Source: a virus
Lineage: Duplodnaviria; Heunggongvirae; Uroviricota; Caudoviricetes
Length of the DNA stretch: 53,858 nt
Strand: one strand, 5' to 3'
Virus record (IMG/VR): IMGVR_UViG_3300008113_000007
Coordinates: 64,001-117,858 of that record
Below the pieces are notes generated by a model that ran no database searches, had not been told where the DNA came from, and saw only the letters and a program-made list of their open reading frames with translations. The translations under genes and the position numbers were made by a program. This document shows, piece by piece, positions 34,275-42,976 of this stretch. Position 1 is the stretch's first letter; the number at the start of each line of letters is the position of its first letter.

Positions 34275-37200
34275 GTGCCGAACGCCTCACCTACACCAGA
34301 CCAGATAAAGTTCTTCGTCTACATAGGCGAGACGCTAGCTAACGCCACTTTCGGAGGCGCCGGTATGACCGGTGCCACAGGTCCAACGGGTCCTGCAGGC
34401 GACAGGTACCAGACGTTCGACAACACCACCAGCGCGACCATCGCGAGCTCGGGCAACTTCACCTTCACAGTAGAGGCAGGCTTGGCGTACACCGTCAACC
34501 AGGTCGTGCTCATATCGGCAGGTTCCGGGACCTACATGAACGCCACGGTAACTGCTTACAACAAGACCACAGGCCAGCTCGACGTAACCGCCACAGGATC
34601 AGCAGGATCCGGCACACACAACAGCTGGGTCATAAACCTCGCAGGTGCGGTCGGCGCCGTTGGTGACGCGGGTTCAAGCGGTACTTCAGGTTCGGCAGGT
34701 TCTTCCGGTGTTTCGGGTGACGCAGGTTCTTCGGGTACATCGGGCTCTTCAGGTTCTTCTGGAACAACCGGGTCTTCGGGCAGTTCTGGTACGTCAGGCT
34801 CTTCGGGTTCAAGCGGTACGTCAGGCTCATCAGGTAGTTCTGGTTCTTCCGGTACTACCGGATCATCTGGGTCTTCGGGCACATCTGGTTCATCTGGTAC
34901 ATCAGGCAGTTCCGGTTCGACAGGAACATCAGGTTCATCAGGTACTTCCGGGTCATCAGGTAGCTCAGGTTCTTCGGGTACGAGAGGTTCATCCGGGTCG
35001 TCTGGTTCATCCGGTACGCGTGGTTCATCCGGATCATCGGGTTCTACGGGAACTTCCGGGTCGTCTGGTTCTACGGGAACTTCCGGGTCGTCTGGTTCAA
35101 CTGGTTCGTCAGGTACATCAGGAACTTTCGGTTCTTCTGGTTCTTCTGGTTCTTCAGGTACGTCAGGCTCTTCAGGCTCTTCAGGTACATCCGGCTCTTC
35201 TGGTTCATCGGGTAGCTCCGGTACCACAGGTTCATCAGGTTCCAGTGGTACTAGTGGTAGCTCTGGCTCGTCAGGAACATCCGGGTCGTCTGGTTCGACC
35301 GGTACTTCCGGCTCTTCGGGCTCCTCGGGATCTTCCGGTACAACTGGCTCGTCCGGCTCATCCGGAACTTCGGGTTCGTCCGGCTCAAGTGGCACAAGCG
35401 GTAGCTCTGGTTCTACAGGAACTTCTGGATCTAGCGGTTCGACCGGTACATCTGGATCTTCTGGTTCTGCCGGCACCACAGGCTCGTCCGGCTCTACAGG
35501 AACCTCTGGTTCTTCTGGATCAACCGGCACGTCCGGATCTTCTGGTAGTTCAGGTACAACCGGTTCTTCCGGCTCTAGCGGTTCTTCCGGCACATCTGGA
35601 TCTTCCGGTAGCACCGGAACATCAGGCTCTTCGGGCTCATCTGGTACCACTGGCTCTTCAGGCTCTTCAGGCTCTTCAGGAACTTCTGGTAGTTCGGGCT
35701 CTTCAGGCACTTCTGGTAGTTCGGGAAGTTCTGGAACTTCAGGCAGCTCAGGTTCGACCGGTACTTCAGGCAGCTCAGGTTCGACAGGTACATCAGGTAG
35801 CTCAGGTTCTTCAGGCTCCTCTGGTACTAGAGGTTCGTCTGGTTCGTCTGGTTCGAGTGGCACATCGGGCTCTAGTGGCTCGACCGGTACTTCTGGCTCT
35901 TCAGGCTCGACCGGTACATCCGGATCTTCTGGTTCGAGCGGTACATCGGGCTCTAGTGGTTCGACTGGAACTTCTGGCTCTAGTGGCTCTACCGGTACTT
36001 CTGGCTCTAGTGGCTCTACCGGAACATCAGGCTCTTCCGGTTCAACAGGCACCTCTGGTTCTTCTGGTAGTACAGGAACTTCTGGTTCTTCTGGTAGTAC
36101 AGGAACATCAGGTAGCTCAGGTTCATCCGGCTCATCTGGCACTAGCGGTTCGTCTGGTTCATCCGGTACCAGAGGTTCTTCCGGTAGCTCTGGTTCATCA
36201 GGAACTTCTGGTAGCACAGGAACCTCTGGTTCGTCTGGTAGCACAGGAACTTCAGGTTCTTCCGGTAGCTCAGGTACGACTGGTTCTTCCGGTAGCTCTG
36301 GCTCCTCAGGAACTTCTGGCTCTTCCGGTTCGACAGGAACTTCTGGCTCTTCCGGTTCGACAGGGACCTCTGGCTCTTCCGGTAGCTCAGGTACGACTGG
36401 TTCTTCCGGTAGCTCAGGTACACGTGGATCTTCCGGTAGCTCAGGTTCAACAGGAACCTCTGGCTCTTCCGGTTCGACAGGAACCTCTGGCTCTTCAGGC
36501 TCTTCCGGTACGACAGGGTCATCAGGTAGCTCAGGTTCGACAGGAACCTCTGGCTCTTCCGGTTCTACTGGTACTTCTGGCTCGTCTGGATCTTCTGGTA
36601 CTACAGGTTCATCTGGTAGCTCAGGCACAACGGGTTCTTCGGGATCCTCTGGAACTTCCGGCTCTTCCGGTTCGACAGGAACCTCTGGTTCAACGGGAAC
36701 CTCTGGCTCTTCCGGTACTACAGGCTCCTCCGGTAGCTCAGGCACAACGGGCTCTTCCGGATCGTCTGGTTCGACCGGTTCATCTGGTTCTTCCGGTACG
36801 AGAGGTTCATCAGGTTCTTCCGGATCCTCGGGAACGACGGGTTCATCAGGTTCATCTGGTACGAGAGGTTCGTCTGGCTCTTCTGGTTCGTCCGGTACTA
36901 GTGGCACGGGCTTCAACTCGGTATACTTCCCTGCGAGCAACAGGGTACTCACTGCGTACGGAGGTCTGAACGACAGTGCACTGGCACAGGAAAACCTACT
37001 GTTCAACGGATCTCTTCTGACTGTTATCGGCGGCGCTACCATATCTGGAACTACGTCTACTAACAAACTTTTCATAAACAGTGTAACCTCTGGAACCACA
37101 GAACAGGACATATTAGTCATCTCTAACACCGGCGAGGTGCTAAAGAGAACAATCACCGAGCTTGGTGGCTCTTCGGGCACTTCTGGTTCATCTGGATCTT

Positions 37201-40200
37201 CCGGTACGAGAGGCTCGTCTGGAAGTTCAGGTTCTTCGGGTACTTCAGGAACGGGAACCGCAGGCTCATCAGGAACTGCAGGTTCTTCGGGTACTTCAGG
37301 AACAGGGACCGCAGGATCCTCAGGAACTGCAGGTTCTTCGGGTACTTCAGGAACAGGTACAGCCGGTTCTTCAGGAACTTCGGGTTCATCGGGCTCCTCA
37401 GGTAACACCGGATCTTCTGGCTCATCAGGATCCTCGGGAACTTCGGGATCTTCTGGCTCTTCGGGTACGAGAGGCTCGTCTGGTTCATCTGGTTCCTCTG
37501 GTTCTTCTGGCACCAGTGGTTCTGCAGGTTCATCCGGTACGTCTGGATCATCCGGTTCTTCGGGCACCTCAGGTTCGTCCGGCTCTACCGGTACTTCTGG
37601 TTCCTCCGGTTCATCTGGTACTACGGGTTCTTCAGGCTCCTCGGGTACTACAGGCTCATCCGGTTCTTCCGGTACTTCTGGTTCATCAGGCTCGACGGGT
37701 ACTTCAGGCTCATCAGGCTCGACCGGTACTTCTGGCTCGTCTGGATCTTCTGGGACCACAGGTTCGTCAGGAAGTTCTGGCTCATCAGGTTCCTCAGGCT
37801 CATCCGGTTCTTCCGGTACTTCTGGATCCTCTGGTTCTTCCGGTACTGCCGGCTCATCGGGCTCCTCCGGGACCAGAGGTTCATCCGGTAGCTCTGGTTC
37901 TGCAGGATCCTCTGGATCTGCAGGGTCTTCCGGTACCACTGGTTCTTCAGGCTCTTCCGGAACCACAGGCTCGTCCGGTTCTTCTGGTACTTCAGGGTCG
38001 TCTGGATCCGCCGGTTCATCCGGTACTAACGGACAGAGTGACAGGTACGCGACAACGTCCAGTTCATCGAACAGCATATCTAACACACCGGGTACTTCTC
38101 AGACGTACACTGTCGAATCCGGCCTGGCATACACTCCTAACCAGACTGTTGTCATATCTAGGAATGGAACTTCCGACTATATGAACGCGACAGTTACGTC
38201 CTACTCCGGTAGCACTCTGGTCGTTTCGGTGAACAGTGGCGCCACGGTCGGTGGACCTTATACTAACTGGACCATAAACCTTGCGGGTGCCGCGGGTGGT
38301 AACGGTTCAGCAGGTTCTTCTGGTTCGTCTGGTTCTTCGGGTACCAGAGGTTCATCCGGTTCATCCGGTTCATCTGGTTCATCAGGAACTACAGGCTCAT
38401 CAGGCTCATCAGGAACTACAGGCTCATCTGGTTCATCAGGGACTGCCGGTTCTTCCGGCTCTTCAGGAACATCAGGTTCATCAGGTAGCACTGGAACTTC
38501 AGGTTCATCTGGGTCTTCAGGTACTACAGGATCCTCCGGTTCGTCCGGCACTAGGGGATCTTCCGGCTCGTCCGGAACCTCCGGCTCGTCCGGTAGCACT
38601 GGATCTTCCGGCTCGTCTGGTTCATCCGGTACTTCAGGTTCATCTGGTTCGTCCGGCACTAGAGGATCATCGGGATCATCGGGTTCAACAGGCTCTTCGG
38701 GCTCTACAGGCTCTTCGGGCTCAACCGGCACCTCGGGTTCATCTGGTTCATCGGGAACTACAGGATCATCCGGTTCATCCGGTACTAGGGGTTCTTCGGG
38801 TTCTTCAGGAACTTCTGGATCCGCCGGCTCTTCCGGTACATCAGGAACAACAGGTCCGGAAGGACCTCCAGGACCTCCAGGAACTGGTTTCAACACGGTA
38901 ACTAACTTCGGCGACAACAGGATACTGACCTCTGACGGAACTGCTAACGGTGCATACGCAGAGAACAACTTCACGTTCGACGGCACGCTACTTACGCTCA
39001 CTGGTAACTCGGTAACTTACGGTGACATCAACCAGGGCGACCAATCAGGCACCGGCCGCATAATCAACATAGCAGATGGCAACTTAGAGAATTGGTATCC
39101 TATCGGATACGTGAGCAGCTCTCCGGGTAGGGGTGCCGTCAGGGTAATAGTGTCGTACACGGGTGGCCTTTGGGTACCGGTGACTTACGTCATCGACGCA
39201 TTCAAAGACTACGGAAGTGGAACCGGGGCAGCAACCACACTCTCTCTTCAGAAGTTTGGTACTATTAACTACATAAAAGAGGCAAGGATCGTACTAGACA
39301 GCTCAAACGCTAGGTTCGCACTCGAGGGTCTATTCATCGCAAGAGCGCAGGGACACACAGCGAGTGTGAACGTGCAGAGGCTTCTCGGAACACACAATGA
39401 CTGGACCTTCAACTCGGGCACTTTGGTGCCGTCAACCCTGACTGTGGATCCAGCGAGTGACAACTGGCTGGCCAGGTCGACGTTCCCTGTGAGTAACGGC
39501 GGTAGCACGCTCGAGCGTCTGCACATAAACGACAACCGCGCAGGAAGGTACTGGTCACTCACAGACAACAGTTCAACTACGCAGTACCAGCTTCAGGTGA
39601 ACGACGACACTGACACGATAATGCAGTTCGACGGAACCCTGAACAAAGTCTCCATAGGCACGACGACCGTTCCGACCGCGGCAGATGGAACCCTCAGGAT
39701 AGCCGGCGCTACGATGAGCAACCTGCTCGACGTCTACCAGACGCCGGAGCCCGCCTTCAGGTACCGCGTGAGGGCACTCGGTACGCAGCTAGGCCAAAAC
39801 CTTGAAAATGACAGGCTCGGCATATCGGCAAATGCAATGCCAGTTTACTCCACTGGACTTTTCTACAACCAAAAGGAGGGCGCCGCCATAAAATTCTGGA
39901 GAGGGGCAACCGACTGGGACAGCTCCATAACATTCAATACGTTGGGTGATAGCACATCAACACTCTTAGGCCTATCTGTTGCGACGGCGAGCGAGAGAGT
40001 AATCATCAAGCCATACGGTGAGGTGATGATCAACGCAGGGCAGTTCTTCACCGCTTCGCAGATCTGGAACTCCGGCCTTGGAGCGTCGGCGTCGCTGAAC
40101 GTTTTCCCAATCACCACCGGCGTAACAAGGCCTTACGCGCTCGCTCTTTACGTGAACAACACCCAGTGGCCTATTCTGACAAAGAACACTTCCGTAGCCA

Positions 40201-42878
40201 ACCAGCCCGACCAGTTCTTCGTTAGGCACTCATCAACAGACGTGCATATGGGCAACGCCAGAACAGGCGGTCTGCTCATAATGACGCAGAGCAACGTCGG
40301 CGTGAGCACTAACCTCATAGTAGGAACTCACACGACGCCTGGTGCTAGGCTAGACGTCAGGGCGAACGCTCCTTACGGTGCGTTCAGGATGCAGGATACC
40401 TCAGAGGGTGCAGGCAAGATATTGATGTCAGACGCACAGGGTGACGCGACCTGGGTTGCCGCATCGTCTATCATCGCCAACGGCGTGACCGGTTCCGGAA
40501 CCGCAAACTTCTTCCCTTACTGGACCAGTGCAAGCAACCTCTCTGCGACGAGCTCGATACTGCGCAATGGTGACAATATTGGTGTATCGGGTTCAGTCAC
40601 CGCGTACAATTTCCTCTACAACCGGCCTTACGCGTCGACCGCGATGAGGTACACGAAATCCGTGCCAGGGTTGACATCCAGTGCGTTCATTAACCTCTTC
40701 CGCGTGGACGGCGACACACTAGCCTCTGGGGTAAGGGCCTCATTCACTGGAACCGTAGGAAGCTCCGTGACCAACGTGGTTGTCGACATACTCGTGAGCC
40801 ACTTCCAGGATATCTACGTAGAGTCTATATCCGGAAACTACACCGAGCTGACCCTGAGGATAATCTCCGACAACGACCAAAACTTCGTCGTTCAGGGCAA
40901 GATGTTTGCCCTCAACTCGCCTACATACAACGACCTAAGGGTAGAGGTTTTCCCTTACAGCAGCGAAGTGATCACATTCGACGGCATAACAGTCCCTTCT
41001 GGAACATCAACCAGTACCACTTATGAGCACGCCTGTGGCATCAACGGTAAGGTCATATCCGGAACAGGCAGCGGCTCCGACGACCTTGCCTCTCTCTCGT
41101 TGAGCGGCAGGCTCGCCGTCGGACAAGTCGCGGCATCCGTTTACCCTCAGGCCAAGTTACACGTGAACAACACGTCCAACTCACTTTCGGTGCTCATCGA
41201 GGACTCGCAATACGGAGACTCAACGCCGTTCATGATCTCGGACGACGGTAACGTACACATAGGTACGAACACCGTGAACACAAGTACCAAACTTAACGTG
41301 GTCGCGACCTCGGCGTTCGGCGGCTTCAGGCTTCAGGACACAAGCCAAGGTCCTAACAAAGTCCTCGTATCGGACGCGGACGGCGACGCTTCGTGGCTAA
41401 CCTACTCAAACGTGTTCTCTGCAGTCAGTGGTGTAACAGGCTCCGGTCAGCCGCTCAGGTTCACTTACTGGAACACCGCGAGCAACCTTGCCACGTCTAG
41501 CGACCTCTTCTACGACCCTACCGAGAGGAAAATCGGTATGGGCCAGACTCCTGTCGTGAACACAAGGCTGCAGTTGGGCTGGACAATGTCCGACGTCAAC
41601 AACACAGAGGCATACGGTGCCTTCCTAAAGTCGAACGTAGTGGTCGCGGCATCGCTGATGTCCGGCATCAAGCAGGGTATAAAGGTCGAGACAGAGACCA
41701 CTGGAACGACAGGTACCGCAAACGAGATACACGGTGCGCTCATAGTCAACCGTAATCTGAACAGCACCAAGACAAACAACATGTACGGTGTCACGTCGAG
41801 GGCGGAGATAGGACTTAACGCGAAGGCTGACACAATCTACGCTTTCTCCGCACGAAACTACCTTTCAGACACGCAAACTTCCGCTAAGGGCACCGCGAGG
41901 CGACAGTACGGCCTCCACGTGCAGGAGCTCACAGGCGCGACAGGCGGCAACTGGGCGATATTCTCTCAAGGTCTGAACACGCAGTCTTTACTGCAAGGTA
42001 GACTCGGTCTCGGATACGAAGAACCGCTGGCCAAACTTCACATTGCCGGCGACAACTCGACGTTCAACAGATACGGCGCGATACTCATACATGATCTCAC
42101 AAGCACATCTCCGACGTTCAGCTCCATCATATTCGCGGCAAGCGATTTCAGCGAGAGACACTACATATACACAAGTAACAACTCGAATGATAAAGAGGAC
42201 TATATGAAGATAGGCTCGAGGTTCGGTAACATCCAGTTCACGACTGGCAACATGAGACTGCAGCAGCCAAGCTCCGTCGCAGGCGCTCTGTTCTCAGGAC
42301 CAACGACCAGGATGATCATAGAGAACGGTGGTAACGTAGGTATAGGCCTCACCGGCCCTACTTCGAAACTACACGTCAGGAGCTCGGCAGCGAACTCGAC
42401 GGTGATAGAGGCGGACGGCGTCTCAGGAGAGCTTTTCGGCGTGACCGACACGCTCAACGGAGTTCTGTTCACCGTGAACGACGTCTCCGGCCTACCGGTA
42501 CTTAGGGCGTCCTCGGACAACACCGTAACGCTCGGTGACTTCCAGGCCCCTGTGCTGATGACGACCGTCAAGACGACTAAGGGTGCAAACCTTACGAACT
42601 CTTTCGTTTACTCGCTCAGCGCGACGCAGTACAACACGGCTTTCTTCGAGTACAACGTACTAAGCGGAACCAACTCAAGGGTCGGTACGATTACGGCCGT
42701 CTGGAACTCGATTTCACTCGAGTTCAACGAGACGAGTACGATAGACATCGGCAACACGCTCGGAACCGGCGCGATAACGTTCAACGTGGCGCTTTCAGGT
42801 GCCAACGTGCTGCTCAGGTCGACCACGGCCGCCGGCGGCGGAACATGGACGATAAAGGTTTTCGTCAGAGCATTTTAG
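34275..42878 (+). CDS. giant fibre-like protein with three (Gly-X-Y)n Ser/Thr-rich blocks and C-terminal tail-fibre-like domains
   Basis: 2867-aa ORF with Gly at every third residue in long GSS/GTS/GST tracts. C-terminal NVGIG...PxxKLHV motifs are typical of phage fibres. Confidence 0.8.
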   Translation: MPNASPTPDQIKFFVYIGETLANATFGGAGMTGATGPTGPAGDRYQTFDNTTSATIASSGNFTFTVEAGLAYTVNQVVLISAGSGTYMNATVTAYNKTTGQLDVTATGSAGSGTHNSWVINLAGAVGAVGDAGSSGTSGSAGSSGVSGDAGSSGTSGSSGSSGTTGSSGSSGTSGSSGSSGTSGSSGSSGSSGTTGSSGSSGTSGSSGTSGSSGSTGTSGSSGTSGSSGSSGSSGTRGSSGSSGSSGTRGSSGSSGSTGTSGSSGSTGTSGSSGSTGSSGTSGTFGSSGSSGSSGTSGSSGSSGTSGSSGSSGSSGTTGSSGSSGTSGSSGSSGTSGSSGSTGTSGSSGSSGSSGTTGSSGSSGTSGSSGSSGTSGSSGSTGTSGSSGSTGTSGSSGSAGTTGSSGSTGTSGSSGSTGTSGSSGSSGTTGSSGSSGSSGTSGSSGSTGTSGSSGSSGTTGSSGSSGSSGTSGSSGSSGTSGSSGSSGTSGSSGSTGTSGSSGSTGTSGSSGSSGSSGTRGSSGSSGSSGTSGSSGSTGTSGSSGSTGTSGSSGSSGTSGSSGSTGTSGSSGSTGTSGSSGSTGTSGSSGSTGTSGSSGSTGTSGSSGSTGTSGSSGSSGSSGTSGSSGSSGTRGSSGSSGSSGTSGSTGTSGSSGSTGTSGSSGSSGTTGSSGSSGSSGTSGSSGSTGTSGSSGSTGTSGSSGSSGTTGSSGSSGTRGSSGSSGSTGTSGSSGSTGTSGSSGSSGTTGSSGSSGSTGTSGSSGSTGTSGSSGSSGTTGSSGSSGTTGSSGSSGTSGSSGSTGTSGSTGTSGSSGTTGSSGSSGTTGSSGSSGSTGSSGSSGTRGSSGSSGSSGTTGSSGSSGTRGSSGSSGSSGTSGTGFNSVYFPASNRVLTAYGGLNDSALAQENLLFNGSLLTVIGGATISGTTSTNKLFINSVTSGTTEQDILVISNTGEVLKRTITELGGSSGTSGSSGSSGTRGSSGSSGSSGTSGTGTAGSSGTAGSSGTSGTGTAGSSGTAGSSGTSGTGTAGSSGTSGSSGSSGNTGSSGSSGSSGTSGSSGSSGTRGSSGSSGSSGSSGTSGSAGSSGTSGSSGSSGTSGSSGSTGTSGSSGSSGTTGSSGSSGTTGSSGSSGTSGSSGSTGTSGSSGSTGTSGSSGSSGTTGSSGSSGSSGSSGSSGSSGTSGSSGSSGTAGSSGSSGTRGSSGSSGSAGSSGSAGSSGTTGSSGSSGTTGSSGSSGTSGSSGSAGSSGTNGQSDRYATTSSSSNSISNTPGTSQTYTVESGLAYTPNQTVVISRNGTSDYMNATVTSYSGSTLVVSVNSGATVGGPYTNWTINLAGAAGGNGSAGSSGSSGSSGTRGSSGSSGSSGSSGTTGSSGSSGTTGSSGSSGTAGSSGSSGTSGSSGSTGTSGSSGSSGTTGSSGSSGTRGSSGSSGTSGSSGSTGSSGSSGSSGTSGSSGSSGTRGSSGSSGSTGSSGSTGSSGSTGTSGSSGSSGTTGSSGSSGTRGSSGSSGTSGSAGSSGTSGTTGPEGPPGPPGTGFNTVTNFGDNRILTSDGTANGAYAENNFTFDGTLLTLTGNSVTYGDINQGDQSGTGRIINIADGNLENWYPIGYVSSSPGRGAVRVIVSYTGGLWVPVTYVIDAFKDYGSGTGAATTLSLQKFGTINYIKEARIVLDSSNARFALEGLFIARAQGHTASVNVQRLLGTHNDWTFNSGTLVPSTLTVDPASDNWLARSTFPVSNGGSTLERLHINDNRAGRYWSLTDNSSTTQYQLQVNDDTDTIMQFDGTLNKVSIGTTTVPTAADGTLRIAGATMSNLLDVYQTPEPAFRYRVRALGTQLGQNLENDRLGISANAMPVYSTGLFYNQKEGAAIKFWRGATDWDSSITFNTLGDSTSTLLGLSVATASERVIIKPYGEVMINAGQFFTASQIWNSGLGASASLNVFPITTGVTRPYALALYVNNTQWPILTKNTSVANQPDQFFVRHSSTDVHMGNARTGGLLIMTQSNVGVSTNLIVGTHTTPGARLDVRANAPYGAFRMQDTSEGAGKILMSDAQGDATWVAASSIIANGVTGSGTANFFPYWTSASNLSATSSILRNGDNIGVSGSVTAYNFLYNRPYASTAMRYTKSVPGLTSSAFINLFRVDGDTLASGVRASFTGTVGSSVTNVVVDILVSHFQDIYVESISGNYTELTLRIISDNDQNFVVQGKMFALNSPTYNDLRVEVFPYSSEVITFDGITVPSGTSTSTTYEHACGINGKVISGTGSGSDDLASLSLSGRLAVGQVAASVYPQAKLHVNNTSNSLSVLIEDSQYGDSTPFMISDDGNVHIGTNTVNTSTKLNVVATSAFGGFRLQDTSQGPNKVLVSDADGDASWLTYSNVFSAVSGVTGSGQPLRFTYWNTASNLATSSDLFYDPTERKIGMGQTPVVNTRLQLGWTMSDVNNTEAYGAFLKSNVVVAASLMSGIKQGIKVETETTGTTGTANEIHGALIVNRNLNSTKTNNMYGVTSRAEIGLNAKADTIYAFSARNYLSDTQTSAKGTARRQYGLHVQELTGATGGNWAIFSQGLNTQSLLQGRLGLGYEEPLAKLHIAGDNSTFNRYGAILIHDLTSTSPTFSSIIFAASDFSERHYIYTSNNSNDKEDYMKIGSRFGNIQFTTGNMRLQQPSSVAGALFSGPTTRMIIENGGNVGIGLTGPTSKLHVRSSAANSTVIEADGVSGELFGVTDTLNGVLFTVNDVSGLPVLRASSDNTVTLGDFQAPVLMTTVKTTKGANLTNSFVYSLSATQYNTAFFEYNVLSGTNSRVGTITAVWNSISLEFNETSTIDIGNTLGTGAITFNVALSGANVLLRSTTAAGGGTWTIKVFVRAF
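34650..36905 (+). repeat. Gly-X-Y (GSS/GTS/GST/GTR) low-complexity block 1, about 750 aa
   Basis: Continuous 9-nt codon periodicity with heavily scrambled synonymous codons. Boundaries approximate. Confidence 0.9.
37165..38030 (+). repeat. Gly-X-Y low-complexity block 2, about 290 aa
   Basis: Same repeat type, with three GTSGTGTAG register breaks near its start. Boundaries approximate. Confidence 0.9.
38290..38885 (+). repeat. Gly-X-Y low-complexity block 3, about 195 aa, ending in GPEGPPGPPG
   Basis: Same repeat type, terminating in a short canonical collagen-like Gly-Pro-Pro run. Boundaries approximate. Confidence 0.9.
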
Positions 42879-42880
42879 AG

Positions 42881-42904
42881 AATGCCGGCCTTCTGGCCGG
42901 CATT
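42881..42904 (+). terminator. intrinsic terminator after the giant fibre gene
   Basis: AATGCCGGCC-ttct-GGCCGGCATT followed by a T-rich sequence. Confidence 0.7.
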
Positions 42905-42976
42905 TTCATTTAAAGGCCTGCCGATAATAATATATACTCTAACTTATTTTGGAAAGTGAAAAAATAGTGTTATCAG

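Noticed and set aside
34645-36969. 774-aa Val/Leu/Gln/Pro/Arg ORF in an alternative plus frame (also 37162..38184 and 38281..38901)
   Set aside because: An off-frame by-product of the same low-complexity repeat. There is no independent promoter or start context.
34556-38086. 1176-aa Glu/Pro/Asp/Val ORF on the minus strand (also 38258..39001)
   Set aside because: It is the antisense shadow of the GGN-TCN/ACN repeat, which lacks stop-forming triplets in that frame. It has no start signals.
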